Source: a virus
Direction: 5' to 3' (one strand)
DNA length: 46,420 nucleotides
IMG/VR virus record: IMGVR_UViG_3300034146_000006
Span: 1-46,420 of that record
The number at the start of each line of letters is the position of its first letter. The stretch's first letter is position 1. Made by a program: the position numbers and the translations under genes. Of the stretch, positions 1-9,326 are shown piece by piece. The notes beneath the pieces are model-generated. The model saw only the letters and a list, made by a program, of their open reading frames with translations. It ran no database searches and was not told where the DNA came from.

Positions 1-127
1 ATCCTATTTATGTGTCCGATAAGCCCACACCGTAAACACTCAGCTTTAGGCGGTTTCCGTTCCACTCTCCGACCACTCCAAGGGCTGTCAGCACGTCGAT
101 CTGTTCCTCGAAGCCGAGCCGGTCGAT
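1..127. repeat. Terminal direct repeat, left copy (assembly overlap of a circular contig)
   Basis: Bases 1-127 are identical to 46294-46420. The 3' end of the integrase ORF lies inside it. Confidence 0.95.
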
Positions 128-1480
128 CGTACCCCGCCACTCGGCTAGGGTAGCCTTCAGGTCTTTCCTCGCTTTCGGTGGACGGCTGAGAGCTTCCCGC
201 TCCCGTATGATCCTGTCCAGTTCGTTCTGCTTGGTGCCTATCTCTTTCTTGAAGCGATCCCACAGCGAGTCCGGGGCGTCGGCAGACCGTGTGATGAGCT
301 TCCCGATCTCAGCGTTGAGCGTTTTGACTCGCCGGTCGATCGCGTCGATCATAGGTCGGTTGTCTTTGGTTCTCTCCACAGGCGCCATTAGAGTTTGCAG
401 GTACGTCTCGTCCTTTACGATCTTGAGTACCATCTGCCACACCGAGTCCTCGATCCTGTGCGCCGTAAGCGACTTCGTTCCGCAGTTGAGCGTGCCCTGT
501 CCCCGGCTCCAACACCTGTACGACCGATGATCTGCCTTGCCGCCAGTGTGAGGCACGAGAGAGCGTCCGCAGGTGCCACATCTGATCTTCCCACGGAGTA
601 GATACCGGGTGCGTGCCGGTCGCCGCTTCTCGGCTTTATTGCTTTGGATGCGAGCCTCTGCTTCGTTGAACGTATGCTCAGTTACGATGGCGGGGCTGAT
701 ACCCGGCAATTCGACCCACTTGTCGCGATCGTTGGCTGTGATGATCTGAGAGCGTCCCTTGCGACTGGTGGAGTACCTGAAGGCATACGTCTTACCGCTA
801 TACGTGACGTTGCGCAGAATCTTATTGATCGCGGACTTCCACCACTCCGTATTGCCTTTGGCTGTGGGTATCCCGCGCCGAGTCAGGTCGTTCGCAATGG
901 CACCCGTGCTTTCACCGTCCAGTGTGCGATCGAATATCTCCCGGACAATCGCCGCCTCTGCCTCGTTAATGATCCTGCGCCCGGTATGCGGTTCGAGATC
1001 GTAGCCGTAGAGCTTCCGCTTGAAAGACAGGGAACCGTTGGATGCTTTCGTCCGGCGACCGCGTGTTGTCCTCTCCCTGATCTTCTCGCGCTCGATCTCA
1101 GCGACGTAACCTTGGACTGATCGTAGAAGGGTGCCCTGCGGTGAGCGGTCGAAGTCCTCAGTGACGCAGTGCATTACCGCACCATATCGCTCGCATTCGT
1201 CCGCAAGGATGGACAGGTGGGCTACAGAGCGGGAGAGGCGGTCGATCGAGTAGAACACGAGCGCGTTACACATCCCCGACCGGATCGCTGACCTGACCTC
1301 ACCGAGCACATCCCGTTCGTGGAAGTAGGCACCTGAGTAGACCTCTCTCGTAGCGCGCACCACAGTCAGCCCCTTAGCGTCCGCGTACGTTAAGCAGGCG
1401 GCTTCCTGAGACTCTAAGCTTGACCCGGTTTCCTCTTGGCTGTCCGACGAAACACGGCAATAAATGAAAGCTCGATCCAC
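8..1480 (-). CDS. int: Large serine recombinase (phage integrase)
   Basis: 490 aa. N-terminal resolvase-type catalytic domain (FIYCRVSSDSQ, SIDRLSR), a recombinase domain, a Cys-rich zinc ribbon (CGTCGRS...YRCWSRGQGTLNCG) and a C-terminal coiled coil. GTG start at 1480. Confidence 0.95.
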   Translation of the reverse strand: MDRAFIYCRVSSDSQEETGSSLESQEAACLTYADAKGLTVVRATREVYSGAYFHERDVLGEVRSAIRSGMCNALVFYSIDRLSRSVAHLSILADECERYGAVMHCVTEDFDRSPQGTLLRSVQGYVAEIEREKIRERTTRGRRTKASNGSLSFKRKLYGYDLEPHTGRRIINEAEAAIVREIFDRTLDGESTGAIANDLTRRGIPTAKGNTEWWKSAINKILRNVTYSGKTYAFRYSTSRKGRSQIITANDRDKWVELPGISPAIVTEHTFNEAEARIQSNKAEKRRPARTRYLLRGKIRCGTCGRSLVPHTGGKADHRSYRCWSRGQGTLNCGTKSLTAHRIEDSVWQMVLKIVKDETYLQTLMAPVERTKDNRPMIDAIDRRVKTLNAEIGKLITRSADAPDSLWDRFKKEIGTKQNELDRIIREREALSRPPKARKDLKATLAEWRGTIDRLGFEEQIDVLTALGVVGEWNGNRLKLSVYGVGLSDT

Positions 1481-1498
1481 TGATACGTTGTATCACTT
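1481..1498 (+). promoter_or_regulatory. Copy of dispersed motif TGATACAnTGTATGCG; near-perfect palindrome abutting the integrase start codon
   Basis: TGATACgttGTATCA (6-bp arms, 3-bp spacer) at 1481-1495. On the minus strand it reads TG-A-TACAAC-GTATCA-GTG(start). Confidence 0.45.
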
Positions 1499-1519
1499 TT
1501 CGAGCTTTTCCGCAATGGT

Positions 1520-1957
1520 CTAGGGTTTGGGTTTGCAGGTGCGGATCGCGGCGTCGAAATCCCGTTGCAGGCGCTCGGCAACCTTCTCTGACTCGACCGT
1601 GATGGAGTGGGATGGCGCGTTCTTCACCACGCCGGGGTTACCGTATTTGCTGATCTCTTGGCTCTTGAAGTCGCCGAGCAAGACGACCTGCCATCGACCG
1701 TCATAAGCTACGTTCGGCTCGATGTCGGTGGCAGTGATGGTGTCGAGAGGCACTGACCACTTCACTTCAGTGACGGGTGCGCTGTAGCCGGTGAGCGTGA
1801 AGTTCTCGATCCACGATGCGCGGCACTCCGACCTGACCGAGTGGACGGTGACGGTCATCTGCTTCGAGAGTTGTAGCGTCCCGGCATCTTCTAGGTAGCT
1901 CAAAGACTGCGCTACCGTGCCGATCGAGAGCGTGAGGACTAAGAGGATGATCTTCAT
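1520..1957 (-). CDS. Secreted protein of unknown function (moron-like, adjacent to integrase)
   Basis: 145 aa. N-terminal signal peptide MKIILLVLTLSIGTVAQS and two Cys. Lies between an intrinsic terminator and int. Confidence 0.8.
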   Translation of the reverse strand: MKIILLVLTLSIGTVAQSLSYLEDAGTLQLSKQMTVTVHSVRSECRASWIENFTLTGYSAPVTEVKWSVPLDTITATDIEPNVAYDGRWQVVLLGDFKSQEISKYGNPGVVKNAPSHSITVESEKVAERLQRDFDAAIRTCKPKP

Positions 1958-1960
1958 AGG

Positions 1961-1989
1961 AAAAGGGCAGGCGTGTGATGCCTGCCCTT
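1961..1989 (-). terminator. Rho-independent terminator ending the long minus-strand early/replication operon
   Basis: Stem GGGCAGGC (1965-1972) / GCCTGCCC (1980-1987), extendable to 10 bp, with a 7-nt loop. Followed on the minus strand by TTTT. Confidence 0.6.
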
Positions 1990-2017
1990 ATAATACACTG
2001 CGAATGATCTCAGCGTT

Positions 2018-2125
2018 TTACTTTTCGACCTTGATGGTGATGCTCGGTCTGAGCACACCGCCGACGATGAGAGCGAACAGTGTGAACCCCAAGAGGTTTG
2101 TCCAGTCCGCGTAAAGCCACACCAT
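2018..2125 (-). CDS. Micro-ORF, 35-aa single-pass membrane peptide (below ORF-track cutoff)
   Basis: ATG at 2125, TAA at 2018. MVWLYADWTNLLGFTLFALIVGGVLRPSITIKVEK. Fills the gap between the gene ending at 2134 and the terminator. Confidence 0.4.
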   Translation of the reverse strand: MVWLYADWTNLLGFTLFALIVGGVLRPSITIKVEK

Positions 2126-2133
2126 AAATTCAA

Positions 2134-2316
2134 TCACGTGGTTTTCTCCAAGGCGATACGAACAGCACCCGTGGTGTAGTCGTGCTCGATGGTCGCGATG
2201 TGCGCGGGGTCGAAGTCCGTGTTGACGAACTGAATCGGTGTATCAGCATTGACGCCGAGTTCGACCAGTCGATTATAGAAGTTGTCGAGTGTTAATGTGT
2301 CTGTTGTTTTAGCCAT
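2134..2316 (-). CDS. Hypothetical protein (60 aa)
   Basis: ORF co-oriented and tightly packed in the operon. No recognisable motif. Confidence 0.55.
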   Translation of the reverse strand: MAKTTDTLTLDNFYNRLVELGVNADTPIQFVNTDFDPAHIATIEHDYTTGAVRIALEKTT

Positions 2317-2515
2317 TTTTGTAGTCCGTCTCGTGGAAGCCGCTACCTTTGAACTGTGGTCGAGCGGTTTGACTCACTATCGCCTGCGCGCGTTTCCCGC
2401 ACTTCGGACAGAGCACCGAGCGTCGGGACTGATCCTTTACGAAGCTGTCATAGGACGCGAAGCGGCGCTCGAATACGTGCTCAGAGTTGTCGTCACATCG
2501 GAACTCTTTAATCAT
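2309..2515 (-). CDS. Small zinc-ribbon-like protein (loosely FmdB-like)
   Basis: 68 aa with a CPKCG knuckle. Overlaps both neighbours by a few nt (coupled). Confidence 0.65.
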   Translation of the reverse strand: MIKEFRCDDNSEHVFERRFASYDSFVKDQSRRSVLCPKCGKRAQAIVSQTARPQFKGSGFHETDYKNG

Positions 2516-2751
2516 TCGCTTTCTCCATCGGAAGGGTCGGCTTCGTGACCGGAAGCGTCAACATCCGTGCGCCTCACGATGTCCGTGACCGCCGTATTCA
2601 GGTAGTTCTCGATCACCATCTTCTCGGTCTTGGCTACATAGTCTTTCGACACATAAACGGTAACCACCGCCGCCTGTCCGTCGCGACTCAGCGTGTCCGT
2701 CTCGACCCGCACCTTATCTTCTTCCTCAATAAATCTTCTGTTGTTACTCAT
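2512..2751 (-). CDS. Hypothetical acidic protein (79 aa)
   Basis: Strong SD GGGGGAG upstream of the ATG at 2751. ATGA-type overlap with the downstream gene. Confidence 0.7.
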   Translation of the reverse strand: MSNNRRFIEEEDKVRVETDTLSRDGQAAVVTVYVSKDYVAKTEKMVIENYLNTAVTDIVRRTDVDASGHEADPSDGESE

Positions 2752-2752
2752 T

Positions 2753-2872
2753 TTATTGCTCCCCCTTTCCGTCTACTAAAACCTGCCGTATTCGATCGCG
2801 CGCCCGTTGCTGTTCGAGCGACATTTCACTTTCCTCGATCGAATGAAATTCAAACTCGATCTCAATCTCCAT
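2753..2872 (-). CDS. Micro-ORF, 39-aa acidic peptide (below ORF-track cutoff)
   Basis: ATG at 2872 overlaps the primase 3' end. MEIEIEFEFHSIEESEMSLEQQRARDRIRQVLVDGKGEQ. Fills an otherwise empty 110-nt gap. Confidence 0.35.
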   Translation of the reverse strand: MEIEIEFEFHSIEESEMSLEQQRARDRIRQVLVDGKGEQ

Positions 2873-5534
2873 AGCTCACCTTGTCTGCCGGGATCACATA
2901 GCACTTGACCGCGTTCGCAGACTCCGCTAGTCGTTCCGTCTTGGTCGGGATGTCGTTCGCTTTGATCCACTGCCTGACGTAGTTGGCGTCCAGACCTTGC
3001 TCAAGCGCATAGGCGTTGAATAGGGTGATCGCGATACAAAGCTCGACCGGGGTAGCGCCTAACATCTTCCACTTGCCACGGGCTTCACCGCGCGGTTCCT
3101 TGTACCAACCGCGATTGCTTGCTTCGCGCTGACCGATGCTCTCTTGAAAACGGTTCGTATAGTCATCGAGCATCTGCCTGACCTTCGTGATCGGATCGAC
3201 GGTGCTCCGTGAGCGCTCTTGTAGACCTGCCAATGCGTTAGCGATCGCGTCCGATGTCTCGAACTGGATCAACCCAAGGCGGCTTGCGATCTCACCGATG
3301 ACGGCGTTGGCACCGATCTGCCATATACCGAACCTATAGGCGGGGTCGATGTTCTTCTGGATAAGCTCCACCTTCGCATCGACTAGCGCGACCACATCGT
3401 CCTTGAACCGCATCAGATACTCGATCAGCAGACGACCGGCGATACCGTAGTGCTTACGTGAGGCTTCGGCTAAGGCTTTACCTGTCGCGATGTCCATCTT
3501 GTTCTCGACGTTGAAGCTGAGTTCGAGCATTCGCTTGCGCTCTGCGTCGGCGATCACTGTGTCCGGGAGCGACATCAGGTGGACGTTCGATGTGAAGATG
3601 GTGAGCGTGCGCCAACCGCCCTTGTCGTTGATCCTCTGATCGCGGGTTGACGTGTCGCGCGCCTTACCGTTAGCGGCGGCGTAGATGATCTCGCCGAGGC
3701 GATCCTTGCGGATGGTAGCGGCTTCGTTGACGATGATCGGCAGGTTGTTGACCTGACGCCAGTGCTCGAAGAATGCGTTGACCGTGGAGTTCGGATCGAC
3801 TGTGAGCGCTTCCGGGTGACCGAAGGCAGATACACCGAAATTCGCGGCTGTGGTCTTACCACCGGATGACTCCCCGGCGAGCGACAGGACTGACCCCTGA
3901 TGCTCTGTAAGCGCGAACACCGGCGAGGCGAGGGCACCGAGCACTGTGAAGCGGTGCATCCAGAACTCGTCCCGGTCTAGCAGGCGACTTGCGCGCGTCC
4001 ACTCACTGAGCGTGCCCTGCGATCCGAGCTTCGTGACACGCTTGGGATCGAGACGTTGGCTAAGGCGCGCCGTGTCTTTGCCGGTTGCTGTGATTAGCTC
4101 CGTGCCGATCACGAACCCGCTATCGTGAATGCCGAACCGATCGAATACGATCGCCGAACCGCGCTGTTGTTTGAAGGCTGAGATAGCCATCCGCAGATAG
4201 AGGATGACGACCTTGATGTTGCCGTAGTCACTAATGTCCTGATCGAGCAACCACGTTGCGATGTTGGCGTCCACCGCCAAGAGTGACTGTTTGAACGAGG
4301 CGCGGCAGAGCTTCTTATTAGCGTCGTACCACGAGAGTTCGACTTCCGATCCACCGCCGATCTCACCCTTGGCGACCTGCGACACCCAAACCGGCTGAGT
4401 GAACACTATCTTCCGCTCTACGTCGCCCTCACCGTCGATGGAGTTGAGGTACACGCCTTCCTGACCGCAGAGGTAGCCCTTGGGTAGGATGATCTCGGTA
4501 TCGTCGCTCTCACGCGTCCTGCTAGGCTCAATGGCGAGGGTTTCCGGGGTAGGCTCTGTGATCTGAAGCGGGGTGACAGTCTCCCCCAACTGAATCGGCG
4601 ATGTGATCTTGCCGAGGAACGGGCACCCCTGACACCCGGCAGGATTTACTTCTCCGTATTTGGCGCAAGTGGTAGGCGCGAACTCGACCGCTCTTTCGTA
4701 TTTTGCGGCTGTGGCTTCTTCACTGTAATCTGGATGTCCACTAGACCACTCCTGAGCAAGTCGCTCACCATCAACGCAAAGGGCGAGGACTCCAAGACCT
4801 GCATACCATATAGGCTCACTGAGATTTCCCTTTGATCCTCGGAAACCGTCGAGCTGTTTACATTGATCTGCGATTCGCTCTGCATCCTTTGGAGTTGTTG
4901 GGAGATCGACACTAAAGACGGCATTTGATTGTTTTGCATTTTTCTTAACCTCTACTTTGAACGTGTAGGCGCCGACTGCTTCTTCGATCTGCTCAGGTGT
5001 GCATAGCACGACCTCGGTAAGAAGCTCGACCGGCTTTGGGTTCTTCGGGTCTTTATAGTTGTGCGTCCCCGGCACGCGCATTATCCGGGCACTGTCGATC
5101 GTGATGCCGTGATCCGCGAGAAGGTTCTGTTCGACACAGGCTTCACGCAGGGCGCTCGCGAGCGGTTGCCATTGTTCCGGGGTGAGGTAGCGATCGAGTA
5201 CCCACCACACGTGGATACCGTTACCTGAATTGACGACGGCAGGTTCCGGCAGACCGAGAACGTCTATGAAGTTACGAAGCGCCGTTACTGCTTCGATCTT
5301 GTCCGTGTATGTGTTGGGCTTGCCGCAGTCGATGTCGAGCCAGAAGGCTTTGATGATTTGAACGTGCTCTTTCTTCCGCTCGTCGGTGCAGAACAAGGCA
5401 GGCGCAAACCACACGTCTCGCTTCGGCGGGATAGCGATAGAGTTGTCACCGGCGAACGAGTGGCGCATCTTCCCCGACACGACACAGCGCACACCGTCTG
5501 ACTCACCCCAAACTGTATTAAGAAACGATGACAT
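2862..5534 (-). CDS. DNA primase-polymerase (AEP) fused to SF3-type helicase (DUF927-like)
   Basis: 890 aa. AEP motifs WLDIDCGK, GNGIHVWWVL and RVPGTHNYK. Walker A LAGESSGGKTT in the C-terminal half. Confidence 0.9.
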   Translation of the reverse strand: MSSFLNTVWGESDGVRCVVSGKMRHSFAGDNSIAIPPKRDVWFAPALFCTDERKKEHVQIIKAFWLDIDCGKPNTYTDKIEAVTALRNFIDVLGLPEPAVVNSGNGIHVWWVLDRYLTPEQWQPLASALREACVEQNLLADHGITIDSARIMRVPGTHNYKDPKNPKPVELLTEVVLCTPEQIEEAVGAYTFKVEVKKNAKQSNAVFSVDLPTTPKDAERIADQCKQLDGFRGSKGNLSEPIWYAGLGVLALCVDGERLAQEWSSGHPDYSEEATAAKYERAVEFAPTTCAKYGEVNPAGCQGCPFLGKITSPIQLGETVTPLQITEPTPETLAIEPSRTRESDDTEIILPKGYLCGQEGVYLNSIDGEGDVERKIVFTQPVWVSQVAKGEIGGGSEVELSWYDANKKLCRASFKQSLLAVDANIATWLLDQDISDYGNIKVVILYLRMAISAFKQQRGSAIVFDRFGIHDSGFVIGTELITATGKDTARLSQRLDPKRVTKLGSQGTLSEWTRASRLLDRDEFWMHRFTVLGALASPVFALTEHQGSVLSLAGESSGGKTTAANFGVSAFGHPEALTVDPNSTVNAFFEHWRQVNNLPIIVNEAATIRKDRLGEIIYAAANGKARDTSTRDQRINDKGGWRTLTIFTSNVHLMSLPDTVIADAERKRMLELSFNVENKMDIATGKALAEASRKHYGIAGRLLIEYLMRFKDDVVALVDAKVELIQKNIDPAYRFGIWQIGANAVIGEIASRLGLIQFETSDAIANALAGLQERSRSTVDPITKVRQMLDDYTNRFQESIGQREASNRGWYKEPRGEARGKWKMLGATPVELCIAITLFNAYALEQGLDANYVRQWIKANDIPTKTERLAESANAVKCYVIPADKVSYGD

Positions 5535-5953
5535 TATGAATGCTTCACCAAGTAGTCGATAGCCGACTGCAATATCTCAAGCGAGTCCTCAGCCGTTCCT
5601 AGCAGGCGGTTACAGCGCTCACACAGAAGCTCGCGAACCTTCTTGCGTGCGTGGCAGTGATCGACCACCAGTTTCTGACTCAGGTTCGAGCAAAGGGCGC
5701 ATCGGTTTCGCTGTCTCTCGACGCGCACGATGAAGTCCTCGATAGAGAGTCCGTAGCGCTGTTTAAGATTCTGTTTACGCTTCTCTAGGCTGTCGTGCAG
5801 AGTGTTGACGCGTCCCCGGTCGCGGGTGCATTCAACGCACGTAGCTCCCTTAGCCGTGCGCTCCGCAATGTGACCTTTCGGGCACGGCTTGCCTGAGAAG
5901 TACCGGGGTAGCCCCCTTTCGAGGGCTACCTTCCGGGTTATGGTTTTAGGCAT
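5534..5953 (-). CDS. Endonuclease VII-type junction-resolving nuclease
   Basis: 139 aa. CALC...VVDHCHARKKVRELLCERCNRLLG matches the T4 endonuclease VII signature. Extra N-terminal Cys pairs. Confidence 0.9.
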   Translation of the reverse strand: MPKTITRKVALERGLPRYFSGKPCPKGHIAERTAKGATCVECTRDRGRVNTLHDSLEKRKQNLKQRYGLSIEDFIVRVERQRNRCALCSNLSQKLVVDHCHARKKVRELLCERCNRLLGTAEDSLEILQSAIDYLVKHS

Positions 5954-6960
5954 TAACCTTTCAGCTTGCCGAGCAACTGATCGAGTGAGGTAATCTCACC
6001 GCCGTCCTCTGTTGCCGGTGCGGGAGTAGCAACGGACGCCGGGGCAGGTTCGGCTTTCTTCTTAGGGGCGGCTTTCTTCGCGGCTTTCGGCTTGGTGCCA
6101 AGAAGCTCGGCGAGTCCGGGCGCAGGTGCGGCTTCGGGTTCAGGTTCCGGTGTCGGATCAGGAACGGGCACTGGTGCAGGTGCGGGTGCGGGTGCGGGTG
6201 CCACTTCCGCGACGACCACCGGCTGTTGCGCAGTGTGGGTCGGCTCAGAGCTACGCGCCTGAATCTTGACCGCGTTCAGCACGTCGGACTCTTGCGCGAG
6301 GTTGGTGATCGTCTCGTAGTCCTCACGGGTGTCTACTGTCCCGGCAAACTCGAACTGTAGCGAAGGAAACTCCGTGTCGCCGAGGCTCACACGCGTCTTT
6401 GCGGCGTTGGCGGGTACGCCTGCGAGGTTGAGCTTCTGGATGTACGCGGCGAACGGCTTGAGCGATGCGGCAGGAATGCGCAGTGCAAACGCTTTGTCGG
6501 GAGCGGCGGTCAGCGCGAGCACGATGAGCTTATAGTCGTTGCAGGCTTTCGACTTCTTGCCGGTGACCTGACTGATCTTCGACCCCCACGCGTTGTTGGG
6601 GCAGACCTGACAGTTCGTGGCGACAGGGTTGTCCACGTTCCTATCTGGATGCTCGCCGTCGGCCGATGAGCAATCGGGTGCCTTGTTCTCGGCGCTTGGG
6701 TTGTACCCACCGGCGTAGAACGTCTTGGATATGTTCGGGCGCGACGTGACGAGGAACGCTTCTATGAAGGCATCCCTAAGCACGGTTTCTTCGCCGCCGA
6801 TCTTGAGACGGAAGCGGTTACCTCGGATCGAGATTTGAGGGATAAACTCGCCGCCTGAAATACCACCCGCGAACGGATCGTTGACGACTGCAAGTTCTTC
6901 CTTGCCGATGATACCTGCGAGCGCCGCAGGGTTAAATTTTTCAAGTGCGTTTTCTGACAT
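5953..6960 (-). CDS. Cys4 protein with Pro/Ala/Lys-rich tail; possible ssDNA-binding or recombination accessory protein (function not recognised)
   Basis: 335 aa counted from the ATG at 6960 (MSENALEKF), preferred over 6993 for its shorter overlap. Motifs PDCSSADG...CQVCPNNAWGSK...KACNDYK. C-terminal tail is PAPAPAPAPVPVP followed by KPKAAKKAAPKKKA. Confidence 0.8.
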   Translation of the reverse strand: MSENALEKFNPAALAGIIGKEELAVVNDPFAGGISGGEFIPQISIRGNRFRLKIGGEETVLRDAFIEAFLVTSRPNISKTFYAGGYNPSAENKAPDCSSADGEHPDRNVDNPVATNCQVCPNNAWGSKISQVTGKKSKACNDYKLIVLALTAAPDKAFALRIPAASLKPFAAYIQKLNLAGVPANAAKTRVSLGDTEFPSLQFEFAGTVDTREDYETITNLAQESDVLNAVKIQARSSEPTHTAQQPVVVAEVAPAPAPAPAPVPVPDPTPEPEPEAAPAPGLAELLGTKPKAAKKAAPKKKAEPAPASVATPAPATEDGGEITSLDQLLGKLKG

Positions 6961-7168
6961 TGTTTTCAGCTTTTCCTTTTCGGTATGCCTCACTGTTGGT
7001 AAGGTTCTTGTTAATGTGTTCCGAGAGAAGTTGGCGACTTACCTTCAAGCCCCGCGCGTTCTCCAATATGGTCTTGCCGGACGCTCCGAGCTTGAACAGC
7101 AGTTCCGGCGTGAACTCGATTCTTCGGCGCTTATCTACAGCTACGACCGCGCCGTTCCATCGCTTCAC
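6941..7168 (-). CDS. Small putative DNA-binding protein (HTH-like)
   Basis: 75 aa. GKTILENARGLKVSRQLLSEHI reads like a helix-turn-helix. Confidence 0.6.
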   Translation of the reverse strand: MKRWNGAVVAVDKRRRIEFTPELLFKLGASGKTILENARGLKVSRQLLSEHINKNLTNSEAYRKGKAENNVRKRT

Positions 7169-7605
7169 GCTCGCCTGATGCCGACCGTATTCGTGGTCAC
7201 GAGGTTGACGCCGGGCACGATCTCACCTGTCTCAGTGAGTCGGGCTTTGAGCGCGTCCTTCGCGACATCCTTCTTCAGCAGATCGTAAGCATCGTTCTTC
7301 TTGACGTACCCGATGAACACGTTCCAGTCGGCGATCTTCGCGGACGTAAACGGCTTCTGATACGCGGTGCCGTACTTGGTCTTTGCCGAGTCCTGACCGG
7401 ACTCCATTAGCAGTTCCAGTAGGCGCCCCTCGATACGGTTCATACAGGCGTCGGCGGGTGCCTGTCTCTCAGCCATTTCGCGCTTGATCTGTTCCTTCTG
7501 ATCGCGGAACTCAACATAGTGCTGAACGAGTTCGCCGTAGTCCTTGGACTCACCGATCGCATCGAGAATCGCCGTCAACTGCGCTTCGTCATTTATTTCT
7601 TGCAT
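7165..7605 (-). CDS. Coiled-coil protein, Mu Gam / gp157-like (tentative)
   Basis: 146 aa. N-terminal coiled coil, then KTKYGTAYQKP...VPGVNLVTTNTVGIRR, resembling Gam-type end-binding proteins. Confidence 0.75.
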   Translation of the reverse strand: MQEINDEAQLTAILDAIGESKDYGELVQHYVEFRDQKEQIKREMAERQAPADACMNRIEGRLLELLMESGQDSAKTKYGTAYQKPFTSAKIADWNVFIGYVKKNDAYDLLKKDVAKDALKARLTETGEIVPGVNLVTTNTVGIRRA

Positions 7606-7790
7606 CTTGTCCTCTTGATGTAAGCGAAGGCTTGTCGGACTACCTTCACGGATGTATTGAAATAGAGAGCGAGCTTTTCTTCCGACGCACCTGCGGCTAA
7701 CTCCCTATGTATGACTGCGGCTTCGTTCTCAGTCAGCCGCGCCGGTTTGGGTATGTCAGGGGTAACCCAATCGTCCCGCTCTTGTTTCAT
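7593..7790 (-). CDS. Small HTH-like protein (65 aa)
   Basis: Start moved to the ATG at 7790, which overlaps the helicase stop (TAATG). Sequence LTENEAAVIHRELAAGASEEKLALYFNTSVKVVRQAF. Confidence 0.6.
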   Translation of the reverse strand: MKQERDDWVTPDIPKPARLTENEAAVIHRELAAGASEEKLALYFNTSVKVVRQAFAYIKRTRCKK

Positions 7791-9181
7791 TAGCTTTCCT
7801 CTCTTTGTAGGTAGTCGAGAAGCGTTCCCTGAAGAACTGACTTCGACTCCAATTTCCGAAGCACGCGGCTCTCTAAGGCAGAACACGTTAGGTGGACGAA
7901 GTAGGTGTCCCGTGTCTGCCCCGGACGCACAACGCGCCCGTTAGCTTGCTCGTATATTTCGTGGCTGTAGATCGGACACCACCACACGACGACGTTTGAG
8001 TTCGTCAGGGTGATGCCGTGAGCCATTGCTTGTGGATGAGCGACGAGCACGCGCACCATCCCGGACTGTAGGGCGTCGAACGACCGTAGCCGTTCTGAGG
8101 TTGAAGTAGCACCAGTGACGGTGCAGTGGGGTACGGATTTGCGTGTCAGGTGGTCAGTGATCCGACCGATGACAGCAGTGAAGGGCGCGAATAAGATCAC
8201 CGGCTGAGTAGAGGCTTCGAGTATCCCGTCCAAGGCATCAAACTTTGCTTGGCAGTCTGTCTCGATGATGTCGGCTGTCCCGTCCTCTCTCGTGAACCGT
8301 ACGGCGCCGCTTGCGATCTGAAGGATTTTAGAGATCACTACCGCTTCGTTCGCGGCATTGATCGCTCCGTCCTCGACCATCGCTACAGCTTCCTTACGGA
8401 TGTGCCGGATGAGGTCTTTCTGTTGCTTGGTAGCATCGACCTCGATCTCTGCGTGGTGTGATGGTGGTAGGTCGATGCACTCGTCGCGCCGGAAGCGGAT
8501 GTGGAATCCCTTCAGAAGTAGCGCGATCGTTTCCTGTGCATCGGGTAGGGCAACCCACTTAAAGGTGTTGATCTTTCTCATCACGAGATCGCGGAACTGA
8601 CCGAACCATTTGCTGACTCGCTCAGGGCACACGATCTTCGCTGACGCCCAAATGTCGGTGGGCGCTTCAGGGCACGGGCTTCCGGTCATCATCACGATCC
8701 GCTTCTTGTCCTTGCAGACCGTGTTCAGAGCTTTCACCCGGCGAGACTTGGCATTGCGGAACATTGCGGACTCATCGACCAAGACCATATCGACATCCGT
8801 GATCTCGTCGGCGATGATGTGGATCGCATCGGGGTTGATGATCGACACCTTGTATGGTGATATGCCTTTGGCGCGGTGCAAGACAGCTTTCCGCTTTGCC
8901 GCCGTACCTTTCAGAATCTCGACACTGAGGATCGAGTTCAGGTGGAAGAAGGTGCGCTTCCAGACGATCTCAAGGGTGGAGAGAGGCGCGACAATGAGTA
9001 CGTGCTTGACCTCTCCGATTGAAGCTAGGTAGTCGATCGCCCACGCGCCGCTCCACGTCTTACCCGTGCCGATGTCGTTGAACACAAAGCACTTAGGCGT
9101 ATCGACAATGAACTGCGTCGTCTCGACCTGATGCGCGAATGGCTTGGGCACACCCTTGAAGTTGTAGTTATTTAGTGACAT
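7790..9181 (-). CDS. SNF2-family helicase
   Basis: 463 aa. Walker A IGTGKTW, DExx box LVDESAMFRN, and a C-terminal helicase lobe. Confidence 0.9.
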   Translation of the reverse strand: MSLNNYNFKGVPKPFAHQVETTQFIVDTPKCFVFNDIGTGKTWSGAWAIDYLASIGEVKHVLIVAPLSTLEIVWKRTFFHLNSILSVEILKGTAAKRKAVLHRAKGISPYKVSIINPDAIHIIADEITDVDMVLVDESAMFRNAKSRRVKALNTVCKDKKRIVMMTGSPCPEAPTDIWASAKIVCPERVSKWFGQFRDLVMRKINTFKWVALPDAQETIALLLKGFHIRFRRDECIDLPPSHHAEIEVDATKQQKDLIRHIRKEAVAMVEDGAINAANEAVVISKILQIASGAVRFTREDGTADIIETDCQAKFDALDGILEASTQPVILFAPFTAVIGRITDHLTRKSVPHCTVTGATSTSERLRSFDALQSGMVRVLVAHPQAMAHGITLTNSNVVVWWCPIYSHEIYEQANGRVVRPGQTRDTYFVHLTCSALESRVLRKLESKSVLQGTLLDYLQREES

Positions 9182-9326
9182 TGAAACTTGTGCGGCACCT
9201 GTAGCATCCGAATTGAGTAATAAGTGGCGCCCCTTCAGTCCAGACGCGTTCCCGGTGTGCGATCAGGTGCCACTTCATAAACCACGCGATACTAAGTAAC
9301 TGGCGAAGCTGTCTGAGTGTTCTCAT
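9168..9326 (-). CDS. Hypothetical protein (52 aa)
   Basis: The ATG at 9326 overlaps the upstream stop (ATGA coupling). Confidence 0.5.
   Translation of the reverse strand: MRTLRQLRQLLSIAWFMKWHLIAHRERVWTEGAPLITQFGCYRCRTSFNVTK

Noticed and set aside
1-127. The 127-bp identical ends as biological direct terminal repeats, LTR-like ends or att duplications
   Set aside because: The length equals a common assembler k-mer (127), the repeat is exact, and the integrase ORF simply continues across the junction. The simplest reading is a circularised contig. True physical termini cannot be inferred from it.
644-1120. Long antisense or alternative-frame ORFs inside large genes (for example 644-1120 plus, 3575-3937 minus, 8610-9032 plus, 28872-29417 minus, 34747-35238 minus, 41549-41917 minus, 24866-25345 plus)
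   Set aside because: These are shadow ORFs typical of moderately GC-rich DNA. They overlap genes with clear motifs, and they have Arg/Ser/Pro-rich, low-complexity translations with no coupling signals.
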